Of a stretch of 64,000 nt of DNA, positions 40,147-52,870 are shown one piece after another. Each line of letters begins with the position of its first letter. Position 1 is the stretch's first letter. Location of the stretch: the NCBI GenBank assembly GCA_030390025.1, contig CM059425.1:178376001-178440000 (forward strand), in the 5' to 3' direction. Source of the stretch: Squalus acanthias. Lineage: Eukaryota. The position numbers were made by a program, and so were the translations under genes. The notes below the pieces were generated by a model. It ran no database searches and was not told the DNA's origin. It was given only the letters and a program-made list of their open reading frames with translations.

Positions 40147-40869
40147 TTGTGTTACAGATTACTCCTGAGCCTAATATGTATTGTGGTCGGAACAATCCTG
40201 ACACCAACAGAGACCGCTTCGGATGGAACAAGTCCAGATAACAGTCATAGCGTAACAAGTATCTGTATTAGAACCCAAAGGAATGAGGAAAAGATGAATA
40301 CTGGGATAGCAGGTCTGGGGATAACGACTGGGGAAAATAGAATAAAGAACTGGTCTAAATGGGTGATATGTACAAGTATGGCAACCTGGTATGAGGCATA
40401 TGACAATGAGATAGATTGTGTGCAATGCTCAGGGAAGTATCCACACAAAATATCATCAGGTGACATAAATGGTACAACCAAGTATGGATGTACAAATGGA
40501 TTAGGAGTTTGCCGAGACGTAATATGGGTGGTTAGTAAGGGCCCGAGACCAAAACCCACAACTCCCAGTACCACTACAGAGATGCCAACCACCACAGAAA
40601 TCCCTGACCCAGTGTGCCCTAGTGTGAGGCCTGGAGTAAAGGGAGGTTTGGTTTATGAAGATGACAAGCTACTCGTCAACTTTGGAGTATCAACCCAATT
40701 GGTGAAAATGTATATCAACCTAACTGGATTACAGCTACCAGAAATGTGTCAGGAAAGTATCAGAAATGTATACAAAAACCTGACAAAGCACCTGATAGCA
40801 GGCCCGAATCATGATATGTTAAAGATAGAACTAAAGAAGGAACAAAAACCCTGTAGAAGTGTTTCTTAA
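40147..40869 (+). CDS. Env-like glycoprotein N-terminal part, truncated by CR1 at ~40852; start probably spliced from 39153-39169
   Basis: Follows the integrase end; hydrophobic LLLSLICIVVGTIL; 8 further Cys; sequons NWS, NGT and NLT x2; Thr/Pro-rich linker. Confidence 0.68.
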   Translation: MCYRLLLSLICIVVGTILTPTETASDGTSPDNSHSVTSICIRTQRNEEKMNTGIAGLGITTGENRIKNWSKWVICTSMATWYEAYDNEIDCVQCSGKYPHKISSGDINGTTKYGCTNGLGVCRDVIWVVSKGPRPKPTTPSTTTEMPTTTEIPDPVCPSVRPGVKGGLVYEDDKLLVNFGVSTQLVKMYINLTGLQLPEMCQESIRNVYKNLTKHLIAGPNHDMLKIELKKEQKPCRSVS

Positions 40870-42033
40870 TTGCACTCCTGAAAGGTCTGGTATGCCCCCA
40901 ATCCTAGACTCCACCAACCAGCAGAAATAGTTTCTCTCTATCTACCCTATCTGTTCCCCTTAATATCTTGAAAACTTTGATCAAATCACCCTTTAACCGT
41001 CTAAATTCTAGGGAATACAACCCTAATTTGTGTAATCTCTCCTCATAACTTAACCCTTGGAGTCCAGGTATCATTCTGGTAAACCTACACTGCACTCCCT
41101 CCAAGGCCAATATATCCTTCCTAAGGTGTGTTGCCCAGAACTGCTCCCAGTACTCCAGGTGTGATCTAACCAGGGCTTTGTACAGCTGCTGCATAACTTC
41201 TACCCCTTTGTATTCTAATCCTCTAGATATAAAGGCCAGCATTCCATTAGCCTTTTTGATTATTTTCTGTACCTGTTCATGACATTTTAATGATCTATGT
41301 ACCTGGACCCCAAGGCTCTTGGGATCTCCACTGTTTTTAGCCGTTCACCATTTAGAATGTACCCTGTTCTATCCTTTTTAGGTCCAAAGTGGATGACCTC
41401 ACATTTGCCTACATTGAAATCCATTTGCCACAGTTTTGCCCATTCACTTAATCCATCAATATCCCTTTGTAATTTTATGCTTTTATCTACACTGCCTACA
41501 ATGCCACCTAACTTTGTGTCATCGGCAAATTTGGATATATGACTTTCTATGCCATCATCTAAGTCGTTAATAAATACTGTGGATAGTTGAGGCCCCAACA
41601 CAGATCCCTGTGGGACACCACTAGTCACATCCTGCCAATTGGAGTACTTGCTCATTATCCCTACTCTCTGTCTCCTGCTGCACAGCCAATTTCCTAATCA
41701 GGTCAATAATTTGCCCTCAATTCCGTGGGCTTCAACCTTAGTTAACGGTCTCTTATGATGAACTTTATCAAATGCCTTCTGGATGTCCGTATAAATAACA
41801 TCCATAGATATTCCCCTGTCCACTACTTTAGCCACCTCCTCAAAAGATTCAATCAGGTTTGTCAGGCATAACCTACCTTTTACAAATCCATGCTGGCTCC
41901 CTCTAATCAGCTGAAAATTTTCAAGCTGTTCAGTCACCCTATCCTTAATTATAGGCTCTAGTAATTTCCCGACAACAGATGTTAGGCTAACTGGTCTATA
42001 ATTCCCTGGTTTCCCCCTCTCTCCATTCTTAAA
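40852..42033 (-). mobile_element. CR1 LINE RT fragment
   Basis: [22 protein letters not shown] and HLEY motifs. Confidence 0.9.
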
Positions 42034-42103
42034 TAGTGCAGCGCAGTTAGCGCTGGCTGCATGCAGCAATCATGTAAATTAGCAGGCAGCACAAAGTTGG
42101 CAG

Positions 42104-43022
42104 TCCGTGCCCACATGCAACAAGACCTGGACAACATTCAGGCTGTTAAGTGGCAAGTAACATTTGCGCCACATAATGATTATCTCCAACAAGAGAGTCT
42201 AACCTTCTCCACTTGACATTCAATGGCATTACCATCATTGAATCCCCTACCATCAACATCCTGGCGTCATCATTGACCAGAGACTTAATTGGACCAGCCA
42301 CATAAATACTGTGGCTTCAACAGCAGGTCAGAAGCTGAGTATTCTGTGTTGAGTGACTTATCTCCTGCCGTTTCAAAACTGAGATGAGGAGAAACTTCTT
42401 CACTCAGAGGGTAGTAAATCTATGGAATTTGCTACCTCAGAGAGCTGTGGAAGCTGCGACATTAAATAAATTTAAAACGGAGATAGACAGTTTCCTAGCT
42501 GATAAGGGAATTAAGGGTTATGGGGAGTGGGCAGCAAAGTGGACGTGAGTCTAGGTTCGGATCAGCCATGATCCTATTGAATGGCGGAGCAGGCCCGAAG
42601 GGTCATATGGCCTACTCCTGCTCCTACTTCTTATGTTCTTATGTCCCCAAAGCCTTTCCACCACCTACAAGGCCCAAGTCAGGAGTGTGATGGAAAACTC
42701 TCCACTTGCCTGGATGAGTGCAGCTCAAGAAGAAGCCCCTTTTTCCTGCGCAGCCCCTTTAAATTTGCTGCCCGGTATCTTTTCCAGCGGTAACAGCTGG
42801 TGAGCGGTCTGCGCAGGACCTCCCGATCGACGTGTGGTCACACACCCGCGCAGCTTAGGGGGAACGTTGCTCCCTACCTAACAGCACTGTGGGAGTACCT
42901 TCACCACACTGACTGCAGCGGTTGGAGGAGGCGGTGCACCACCACCTTCTCAAGGGCAATTAGGGATGGGCAATAAATGTTGGCTTTGCCAGCGACGCTC
43001 ACATCCCAGGAATGAAACAAAC
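42104..43022 (+). mobile_element. Fragmented CR1-group LINE 3' end with an inserted CR1 tail (~42370-42643) and MITE piece (~42730-42868)
   Basis: Matches the reverse complement of 3825-4650 in three pieces. Confidence 0.8.
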
Positions 43023-46000
43023 AAAATGCCTCACTAGCAGGAAACCTGTCTTGCTGTTCTTCAGCTGCACCTTGTTATTACTCAAAAGCAGTGCTCTTTT
43101 TATCAATCCGTACTGGTTTCTATGACAATTCTGTTGCATTTTTCCATTCGTCCCGTGAATGTTATTATATTCTGTTGTAGCTGGAGCACTCCAGCCCTTT
43201 AATTGTCTTATCGCATTAATTTCATAAATGTTAATTTTGACAATTCACCCTCTTATTTTCATCAGTTCTTGGCACATCTGCAAAGAAGAATATTCGAGCA
43301 GAACAAATTACAGGGTCAAAATAGATGATTAAAAAGTACAGAATTTGTAAAAAAAACATGAAAGGGAAATAATAGTCTATCGACAACTTCCAGTTAACAT
43401 TTTCTCAGTAAATGTCTAACATTCCATCTTCATCCTCTGCTTTAAAGTCTATAATTTGTGATGTAAGAAAAGAATCCTTGGTATACATAATAAACAGGTA
43501 TACTGGTATTAATATAATTAAAGTAAAATTTGTGAATGAAAAATATCACCTGAAATAGTTCTGTCTGCGTGTGAGACATAACATTTTTCCAGCTTAAAAA
43601 AAAATTCTGTAGTTAAATGGCAGGAATGTATGATGCTGTTGCAGTAAAGGATGTGAAGTATTTGAACCAGTCAATTAGATGGGAGATTCATCTACCTTAT
43701 TGGGATTTTTGCCATAATGAAATCTAAACAAGATGGTGATCCAAGATTTTATTGTGATTTGCTTTCTAAATATTGTGCACATGTGTGACTTGAGGGGGAA
43801 GCTCATGGAAAGTGATAAAGGAAATGATAGTTCATGCTATGGTATATAAGGAAGACCAGTGGTTACAAATATATTAACGGAAAACTGGTCTTTGACCTAC
43901 AATTATTAATTTACAAAGTTAGTGGGGGCTAAATTGGATAAGGCCCGAAGTAAAGCAGGCAGCACGCAAAATTCGTGCTGTCTGCTCATTAACATGATTG
44001 AAGCACTGAGCCCAGCGCTAAACGTGCTGCTGGTTGGCTCAACGCTCAGCAGGGGGCCCAATATCATCGGACGTCTGCTCTGTATTTAAAGGTTGCCTGC
44101 AGAGTAAAAGGTTGTCTGCACTTCTTAAAGGGGAGGTGCTTTGTGAGAGAAGTACCTCATTCTGACTGGAGCTGGAAGTTAGCAGTGTCACAACAGGGCA
44201 GAGAAAGGGCACCTTGGTTCTCCGATGCAGCACTGGAGGCCTTAGTGCAGGGGATATAGGAGGAGACAGGTCCTATACCCGCAGGGGGCCAGGACGCCTT
44301 CCAGACGCACTGTTTGTGGGAGGAGATCGCTAAAGCGGTCAGTGCCACCAGTCTTTTCCCCCCAGGACCAGGATCCAGTGCCGGAAGAAGTTTAATGACC
44401 TCACATGAGTGGTCAAGGTGAGTGAATGCATCTTCAAATGCCATATCCCACCAACTGCACCATTAGCCACACACACTGCTCAATGCACACACCCGCATCA
44501 CTCAACAATCTCTAGCAATCACAATTCATACCTCACAATCATAGCTTCACCTCACCCTCACACACGTGTTGCAAGCCTCACACCCACATCTCGCACCTTG
44601 CACACAATGCCAGCTATTCAACCATGTCCGGCATATAATCCAAACACATTGCACCACACTCACTAATACACTTCCCTTTATCTTGCAGGCCAAGGTGGCT
44701 CACAACCATGCGAACAGGAGCAAACAGGCGGGGGACAGGCATGGCTGCAGAACCTGACCCAGTTGGAGGAAGACTTGTTGAGATAATTGGAGGGGCCGTC
44801 ACTAAGGCCGTGGTGATGGGTGAGGCTGAAAGCATTGATGATGATGGTATGCTCATACCTAATCCTTCTTCTCACATCCCACTTCACCCTCATCCCACAA
44901 TCTCTTCTTACTTACAAGCTGCTGATGGTGTAAGCATGCACATCTTGTTTTCTCCCCCTCCTCTCACCACAACCTGACCCTTGTGCCTTTCTTCTTTCAG
45001 GTACCCAAGAACTGCCACCAGCCCAGCCTGTGCAGGAAGAAGTAGAAGAGAAGAGTGATGGAGAAGAAGAGACACCGTCACTCGATCTGACACTCCCAGA
45101 CACGAGCTCAGAAAATAGCACTGCGCGAACTTTTGAGGGTAGTATAGAGCCGGGATCTGCACTTGGTGACGTGAGTCACCAGGCACGAGTGGGCTGCAGC
45201 CAGGTCAGGGGGAAAGGGTAGCGCAGGCGCCAGCTCCCCGGAGAGCGAGGTCGCACACGAGTTCTGCTGCAGAGAACTCAGATGAGGCCTTCGATGGGGC
45301 GGCCTTCAGAAGAAGGGTAATGGGCATGCACACAGAAATGCTTGGTGCAATGGCAGGCCTGCCAGTGAGCCTCTTGTCACTGTCAAGGAGCGTGGAGGAG
45401 TCTGGCTCCAACATTGCATGGGGTTTTGCGCGGAGCTTGGAGCCCATGATTTCCCGGATGGAAGTGATGGGCAACTCCATTAGAACACTTGTGGACCCAA
45501 CCATGATGCTGGGTGTGATGGGCGATGTCGAAGCTTCCATTGCAGCACAAACGAAAGCGACCCAATGTCTGAGTGCTGCAGTGGAAGCTCAGACTCCTGT
45601 TATGCAGGCTCAGCTTACTGCCACGCAAGTTCAGACTGCTCTCATGCAGGCTCAGCTTGCTGCCCTGCAAGATCAGACTGTTGCCATCGTGGCTGGGTTT
45701 ACGAGTGTGGAAAGGGGCTTGCAGAGTGTCATAACAGTCCAGCAATCTGTCCTCCAACAGATTGCTAGGAATGCTGAGGCGCCGCCCCGGGGGAGTGGCA
45801 GTGGCTCCGTGGAGCAAGAACCTGCTGTCCTCTCTCAGGATGACAGCATTCGTACTTCCACCATTGCTACTCTGCCATTGCCCTTGCTGCTGCCTGTCAG
45901 CCAGCCAGCCCAGACTGCTGTCACCCATGCCGAGGTGGTGCAGTCTACAGCCAGGCCTTCTCGGCCCAGAGCTGCTCAAGATCGTTTTGCAAGGCTATCT

Positions 46001-46112
46001 GCAGTGTCCCACACGGAATGTCAGCAGCCTTCTACCAGCCATGCTGCAGCCACTGGGTAGCACTTCATAGGAGCACTAGAACAGGCAAAGGCACACAAAA
46101 GACAGAAACGAA

Positions 46113-46409
46113 GGGCTGGATTTTACTCACCGAGAAGCGTTGGGGGCAGGACTGCTGGCTTCCGGGTTCTAGTCCCGCCCCCAGTGACGTCTGACGAACA
46201 GATGCTATTTTGCCCTGATTGGCCTTGTTAAGCCCGCCCTGCAGGTTTGCTGGCCAATTAAGGGAAAGCCAGTGTCAGATGACGTCAGTGGATGACTCTT
46301 CATCTGCCGGTTTTCTTAAAGGCACATGAACCATAACTTTTTGACAGATGATTTGACAGTGTTTGACAGCCTCCAAATCCGCCTCCTCAGGGCTGGTAAA
46401 ATCCAGCCC
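46113..46409. mobile_element. Harbinger-type MITE, 297 bp
   Basis: Perfect 14-bp TIR GGGCTGGATTTTAC. Confidence 0.85.
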
Positions 46410-46676
46410 TATGGGAATGCACAAGGGTGATTAGTTGACTTTGTAATGTAATATTGAAATTAATCATTTATAAATTATGTTTGGAATGTTTGTTTTGTGG
46501 TGGCTTTCATTTCAGCTTTATGCCCAAGAAGAAGCTGTGATGTACCATGATAGAGGGATGGTAAGCTGGGGAAGTGTTGAGCAATGGGGATCTGGGGTTT
46601 CATTCAGGGGAACCGGAGTCTGATGATGTGCTCACGGACAGCCCCTCCGGAACAGAGTATGCAGGCTGCCTCCTCC

Positions 46677-46707
<31 letters not shown>

Positions 46708-47696
46708 CTCCTCCTCCTCTTCCTCCTCCTCCTCCTGAGGTGGTCACGGAACCCGTTGTGGCAAAGCCTGCGCCCTCATGGTGGCCGAGTTGTGGAGGAT
46801 GTAGCAGACCACCACGAAATGGGAGAGCCGCTCCGGTGAGTACTGGAGAGCTCCTCCCGAGCGGTTAAGGCAGTGGAATCGTTGCTTTAGCACCCAGATG
46901 GTCTGCTCGATGAGGTTCCGCGTGGCAGCATGGCTGTCATTATATGATTGCTGGCCACGAGTGGTGGGGTTGAGAGTCATCAGCCAGGTGTAGAGCGGTA
47001 GCCTTTGGATTTGACGTGGTGGCTGGAAGATTGCTGGCACACCGGACTGGCGCAAGATGAAGGCATCATGACTGCTGCCAGGATACTGGGCATTCACCAT
47101 CATAATGTGCTGGGCGTGGTCGCACACCAAATGCACAGTAAGTGAGCGGTAGCCTTTTCGGTTACGGTACACCTCAGGATTGATATGCAGCACCCGCAAA
47201 GCCACATGTGTGCAGTCGATGGCGCCCTGCACCATGGGGAAGCCCGATATCCTGGAAAAGCCACGTGCATGCTCCGCCTGCTTCTCACTGTTTAGAGAGA
47301 AGATAATGAAGTCCCTTCTCCTGCAGTACAGAGCCTTTGTGACCTCCCGGATGCAGCGATGGACGGCGAACTGCAAGATGTTTGCTATGTTGCCTGTTCC
47401 AATCTGGAAGGATCTACTGGTGGAAAAAGTCAAGGCCACAGTCACCTTGAGGGCCACTGGCAGCGCCGTCATCGCCCTGCTCTAAGGCTGCAGGTCTGTT
47501 TCCAAGAGGTGGCAGAGTTCTGTGACCGCCTCCTTGGTGAAGCGGAGCCACTGAACACACTGCTCCTGGCTTAGGTGCAGGTAGGGGAAGTGCTCCCTGA
47601 AGACGCCTCCTGCTGAGATCCCTCCTCTCCCTCCTCCTTCTCCCTCTGTAAGCACCTTGTCTTTGCTGACTCTGCTCCATCTCCCTGTCATGCTGC

Positions 47697-48845
47697 AGAA
47701 ATTAGGGTTGTATTCCCTACAAAAATTAGGGGTGTATTCCCTAGAATTTAGAAGGTTAAGGGGTGATCTGATCAAAGTTTTCAGGATATTAATGGGAACA
47801 GATAGGGTAGATAGAGAAAAACTAGTGGGCTAGAAATTCTGGGGCGCTAAATTTTCAGAATTTCTCTCCTACCGGAAACTTCAGCTTTAGCGCTCCAAGA
47901 GGGAAGTGGAGCGCTAAATCAAGCGCTGCCACTTTTCTTGGGGCGCTAAAGTGTCTGAGAGGGATGGTAGCGGCAGAGCGCTGATGAATGTTCAGTGCAG
48001 TGCTGCCAACATCAGAGGCTCCTTCCCTCTCTTAAAGGGAAGGCCAATGATGGGATGCAAGATTCTTTCTCGTATTTCTGTGGGCCCACGGGACCTGCGC
48101 GACTTGCATTACAGCCTCAAGCACTCTAAGAGAGTGTAAGGCTGAGTAATCGCGTATCAATCAGACATGAAAAACATTCAGCAGGCACCAGACTGGTGTG
48201 AAGAATAAAGTTTTCCCTACCTGACCACTGCCTTTAAATATCACTCCCCAAACGGCCAGCCGAGGTGACAACGCCTCCTGCTGCTGCCGTTGTTGACGCC
48301 CTGCGATGCAGCAGGAGGCGGGAGTGAATTTCACATCCGGGGCGCTGCGCACCTGATGACGTCACGATCTACGGGGCGCAACAGAGCGAGACGGTAAGTG
48401 TGTTAACGCCAGCGCAAAACCTCCAGGGAAGTTCGCGTGCGTCGGTGAATTCGCCGTGCCCGGTCGGTAACCCCTTAGCGCCTCCCGTTAACACCCCCCG
48501 CAGGCGCTAACGGGAGGCGCTAAGCAGCCGAATTTCTAGTCCAATATTTCCGCTGGTTGGGGATTCTAGAACTAGGGAGCATAGTCTAAAAATTAGAGCC
48601 AGACCTTTCAGGAGTGAAATTCGGAAACACTTCTACACACAAAGGGTGGTAGATGTTTGGAACTCTGTTCCGTAAACGGCAATTGATGCTAGATCAATTG
48701 TAATTTTAAATCTGAGATTGATAGATTTTTGTTAACCAAAGGTATTAAGGAATATGGGCTATGGAGTTAGGTCGCAGATCAGCCATGACATCATCGAATG
48801 GTGGAACAGGCTCGAGGGGCTGAATGGCCTACTCCTGTTCCTATG
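47697..48845 (+). mobile_element. CR1 3' fragment inside the H4 transposase, split by a MITE
   Basis: LYSLEFRRLRGDLI coding before the MITE, FPLVG..RTR after it, then a CR1 3' UTR. Confidence 0.85.
47827..48542. mobile_element. GC-rich MITE
   Basis: TIR GGGCTAGAAATTC / GAATTTCTAGTCC; interrupts CR1 at the KLFP codons; TSD ambiguous. Confidence 0.8.
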
Positions 48846-50960
48846 AGGGGGACTGCAAGTAGAGCCCCCATGACTGGGAGCAAGTGGTGTAGTCAGAGGC
48901 CTTCCAGTAGCTGCCAATGCCTTCCCAATGTCTAGCAGTACTCCCTGCACACTTTAACAACTTTCTTTAATCCAGTATCGATATAAACTCTGCAAGGGCC
49001 AGTACAAGAAAAATCAGCTTACCTGCAAGTTGGATGTATCCCTTTAAATAGCACTGGTGGGGGGTCCCTCGTGTGTTCAGCTGTGCGTGTTTAGGAGAGG
49101 GCATTGATTGGAGCGGCAACATCCAAAATGGCAGGTTGTGCGTCAAATCACGCTGACTGATGTCATGGTCTGCCTACTCTGCATACTGCCAGTGCAAGCA
49201 CGTCCCACCCGTGCGATCACCGTCGCCAAGTTGGTGACCAGCACGGGCTGCGCCAGAAGTGGGTGAAAGCGAGGCGGCCACCATTTTAATCTTGAAACCA
49301 GCCTTAACTGGCGGCGCCAAGGTGCCCAATTTAGCGGCCTTAGTGTTCCTATGGGAAATTAATTTAGCAAAGTATCTGTTTACTGTGCCAACTCTTGCAA
49401 CAATGGTTTAAACATTTGTTTAAAAAGGGTGCAGAAAAACATTTACATTTTTTCTTCTTCCGACTCCCCCCACCCCCAAATTTTATCCCTCTAGCTGGAG
49501 TACAGTTCCGCAGGTACCTACAACCCTCTTGTACATCAAACAAATGGCCATTTTTCATGCATGAGCCTAGGCAGTGAGTGTCAGGTGGGTATTCAGTCAT
49601 GAAGAGTATGACAGACAAGTCCACTCCTATTCTCACCTGATGCTCACATGCTTTCCAACAGGTTACTGGTTTTTGGCTGGTTTTTCCCCTCCCTAGCTCA
49701 GGTACACTGAGGCCAATTTGACACCCCAATTGGTGAGATCATCTCATAGAGTTATACAGCACAGAAAGAGGCCCTTCGGCCCATCGTGTCTGCAGTTACA
49801 TCTGGAGTTAACTGATCTCAAAGCTATGCAAAACTAATGTACTTGAGGTACTCTGGGTGATCAATAGCAGCAGAATTGTATATCACTGCAATCTGAAACC
49901 TCAATGCCCAGCAGATCCCTTACTCCTTACCATCAAGTAACTCTTGTTCAATGTAAATTATAGAAGGGTATACCAGGAACAGCACCAGGCATTCCTTAGA
50001 ATGAATGCCAACCAAGTGAAGTCATAACAGAGGGCTATCTGCATGCTAAACACCACAAGCAGCAAGAGATAGGTGGTCTCACAACCAACAGCCTTGAATG
50101 CAAGAGCTAAATGTCAGAGGAGAGGTGAGAGTAACTGCTCTTGACATCAAGGCAGCATTGAATCAAGTATGGTACAAGTTTCTTAATAACAAGGGGCACC
50201 ATTTGGCGAATGTCCAGATTGTTGAACCAGATGCAAAGGATCCTTTCCACGAATGTCAGATTTGCTGGAAGTTGCTATGATCATTCATCCTGAGGAATTC
50301 TGCCCTCCCTGAATTCTTCAAGGAAGATAGTGAAGTGAACAGATGGCCTGTGGATGACAAGGTGTATCCCTTGCTGCCATGGATAATGATCCTACTAAAA
50401 GTTACATGACCAGCAATCAGAGGAGCACTTCAATGAGGCACATGCTGCTACCAGAGTGGGTCATTTGAGAGGACCATTGGGCTTAAAGGGGTGATTTGAC
50501 TGACTTCATAGATCAGGAGCAGCCCTGCAATATGATCTATTTTAAGTATCCTACATAGTTGTGGCTTGCTGTGCCCTGTACAACTTTGCCATTCAAAAAT
50601 CTCTGGATATGGAAATTCCTGGAGAGGTGACCCTAGCTGCTTTGAGACAAAATAACATGGAGTAGAGCACCATGGACTGTCACTTGAAGGACTCCTCAGT
50701 GACAGCTGCAAGGGGCATCAGAACTCAACTTTTCCATGAAGTGTTCTCATGTGTTTAACACAATATATGAGAAGTCATAACATAACACAATATAGTATAG
50801 GCATAACTTCCAGAATGCCTTCTCCCCCACCTTCAAATAAATGATACATCCTCAATCCAGTATCCATCCTACAAAATTGCATCACATCAGATTTATTTGG
50901 CCTACATTACCATGCAAATCTTAATCATCTGATTAAATAACTCAACAGAACATAAGTGTA

Positions 50961-52870
50961 AAACAATAGCAAAATACTGCGGATACTGGAAATCCGAAAT
51001 AACAACAGAAAACGCTGGGAAAACTCAGCAGGCCAGGCAGCATCCGTGGAGAGAGAAACAGAGTTAACGTTTCAGGTCGAAGACCTTTCGTCAGAACTGG
51101 AAAAAAGCAGGAAATGAAATAGATTTAAAGCAAGTATAAAGCTGGGAAAAGGGGGAGGGGATGAAAAAACAAAAGGAGAGATTAAGAGACATTGAGAGAC
51201 ATTAAGAGATAATCAAGGCAAGAGGAGGTGTTGATGTAACAGGTTGAGGCTAAATGAAGTGTGAAATGCACTGGCAGAATGAAGGACAGCTGCCAGCTTC
51301 TGGGAGGAAAAAAAAGAGGGGGGGGGGGCCAAACAAAAGGCTGGATGAAAAAATAAAATATAAATGTGATAGGGGCCGAGGTTATGATCTAAAATTGTTG
51401 AACTTGATGTTGAATCCAGAAGGCTGTAGCGTGCCTAAACGAAAGATGAGTTGCTGTTCCTCGAGCTTACGCTGAGCTTCCGTGGAACAGTATAATAGGC
51501 GGAGGACGGTGAGGTCAGAGTGGGAGTGAAGCGGTGAATTAAAGTGACAGGCCACCGGGAGCTTGGGGTCCCCCTTACGGACTGAACGGAGGTGTTCCGC
51601 AAAGCGGTCGCCCAAATGTAGAGGAGACCACATCGTGAGCAGCGAATACAGTATACTAAATTGCAGGAAGTACAAGTAAATCGCTGTTTCACCTGGAAGG
51701 GGTGTTTGGGGCCCTGGACAGTGGGAAGAGGGGAGGTATAAGGGCATGTGTTGCATCTCCTGCGCTTGCACGGGAAGGTGCTGGGCGAAGGGGAAGGGGT
51801 GCTGGGGGTGGTAGAGGAGTGGACTAGGGTGTCGCGGAGGGAGCGGTCCCTGCGGAATGCTGAAAGGGGAGGTGAGGGGAAGATGCGTTTGGTGGTGGGA
51901 TCACGCTGGAGGTGGCGGAAATGGCGGAGGATGATCCGTTGAATGTGGAGGCTGGTGGGGTGAAAGGTGAGGACAAGGGGAACTCTATCGTGGTTCCGGG
52001 AGGGAGGGGCAGGGGTGAGGGCAGAAGTGCGGGAGATAGAACGGACACGGTCGAGGGCCGTGTCAACCACAGTAGAGGGGAATCCTCGGTTGAGGAAAAA
52101 GGAAGACATGTCGGAAGCACTGGTATGGAAGGTGGCATCGTCAGAGCAGATGCGGCGGAGACGGAGAAACTGGGAGAATGGAATAGAGTCCTTACAGGAG
52201 GCGGGGTGGGAGGAAGTGTAGTCCAGGTAGCTGTGGGAGTCAGTGGGCTTGTAGTGAATGTTGGTCAATAACCTATCCCCAGAGATGGAGACGGAGACGG
52301 AGAAGTCGAGGAAGGGAAGGGAAGAGTCGGAGATGGACCATGTGAAGGTGAGGGAAGGGTGGAAATTGGAAGCATAGTGAATGAAATGTTCTAGTCAGGG
52401 CGAGAGCAGGAGACGGCACCGATACAGTCATCAATGTACCGGAAAAAGAGGTGAGGGAGGGGACCCGAGTAGGACTGGAACAAAGAGTGTTCCACATATC
52501 CCACGAAAAGGCAGGCATAGCTAGGACCCATGCGGGTACCCATAGCAACACCTTTGATTTGGAGGAAATGGGTGGAGTCAAAGGAGAAGTTGTTCAATGT
52601 GAGAACAAGTTCAGCCAGACGGAGGAGGGTGGTGGTGGATGGGGACTGGTTGGGCCTCTGTTCAAGGAAGAAGCGGAGCGCCCTCAGGCCATCCTGGTGG
52701 GGAATGGAGGTGTAGAGGGATTGTACATCCATAGTGAAAAGGAGGCGGTTGGGGCTGGGAAACTGGAAACTGTTAAAGTGGCGGAGGGTGTCGGAAGAGT
52801 CGCGGATGTAGGTGGGAAGAGACTGGACAAGGGGAGAAAAAATAGAGTCGAGATAGGAAGAGATAAGTAG
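50961..52870 (-). mobile_element. Penelope-like retroelement (Neptune-type), 5'-truncated RT plus GIY-YIG endonuclease
   Basis: MDVQSLYT, GVAMG, RYIDD, CKRRRCNTC linker, LVYCIRCSRCGLLYI; 14-bp TSD AGAACATAAGTGTA (50947-50960 / 52871-52884). Confidence 0.92.
51062..51098 (-). ncRNA. Minimal type I hammerhead ribozyme motif
   Basis: AGTT-CTGACGA-A-AGGTC(TTC)GACCT-GAAA-CG-TT-AACT. Confidence 0.7.

Larger units (their letters stand above)
43924..49339. mobile_element. Harbinger transposon H4 (Myb gene on + ~44185-46060; transposase on - ~48930-46600), decayed, with nested insertions
   Basis: TIR core GCTAAATTGG / CCAATTTAGC; Myb exon WIQCRKKFNDL; transposase GAIDCTH, HDAFIL and LIEQTIWVLK. Confidence 0.85.

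Noticed and set aside
46584..46868. Proline-rich ORF
   Set aside because: (CCT)n antisense of the acidic tail of the H4 transposase.
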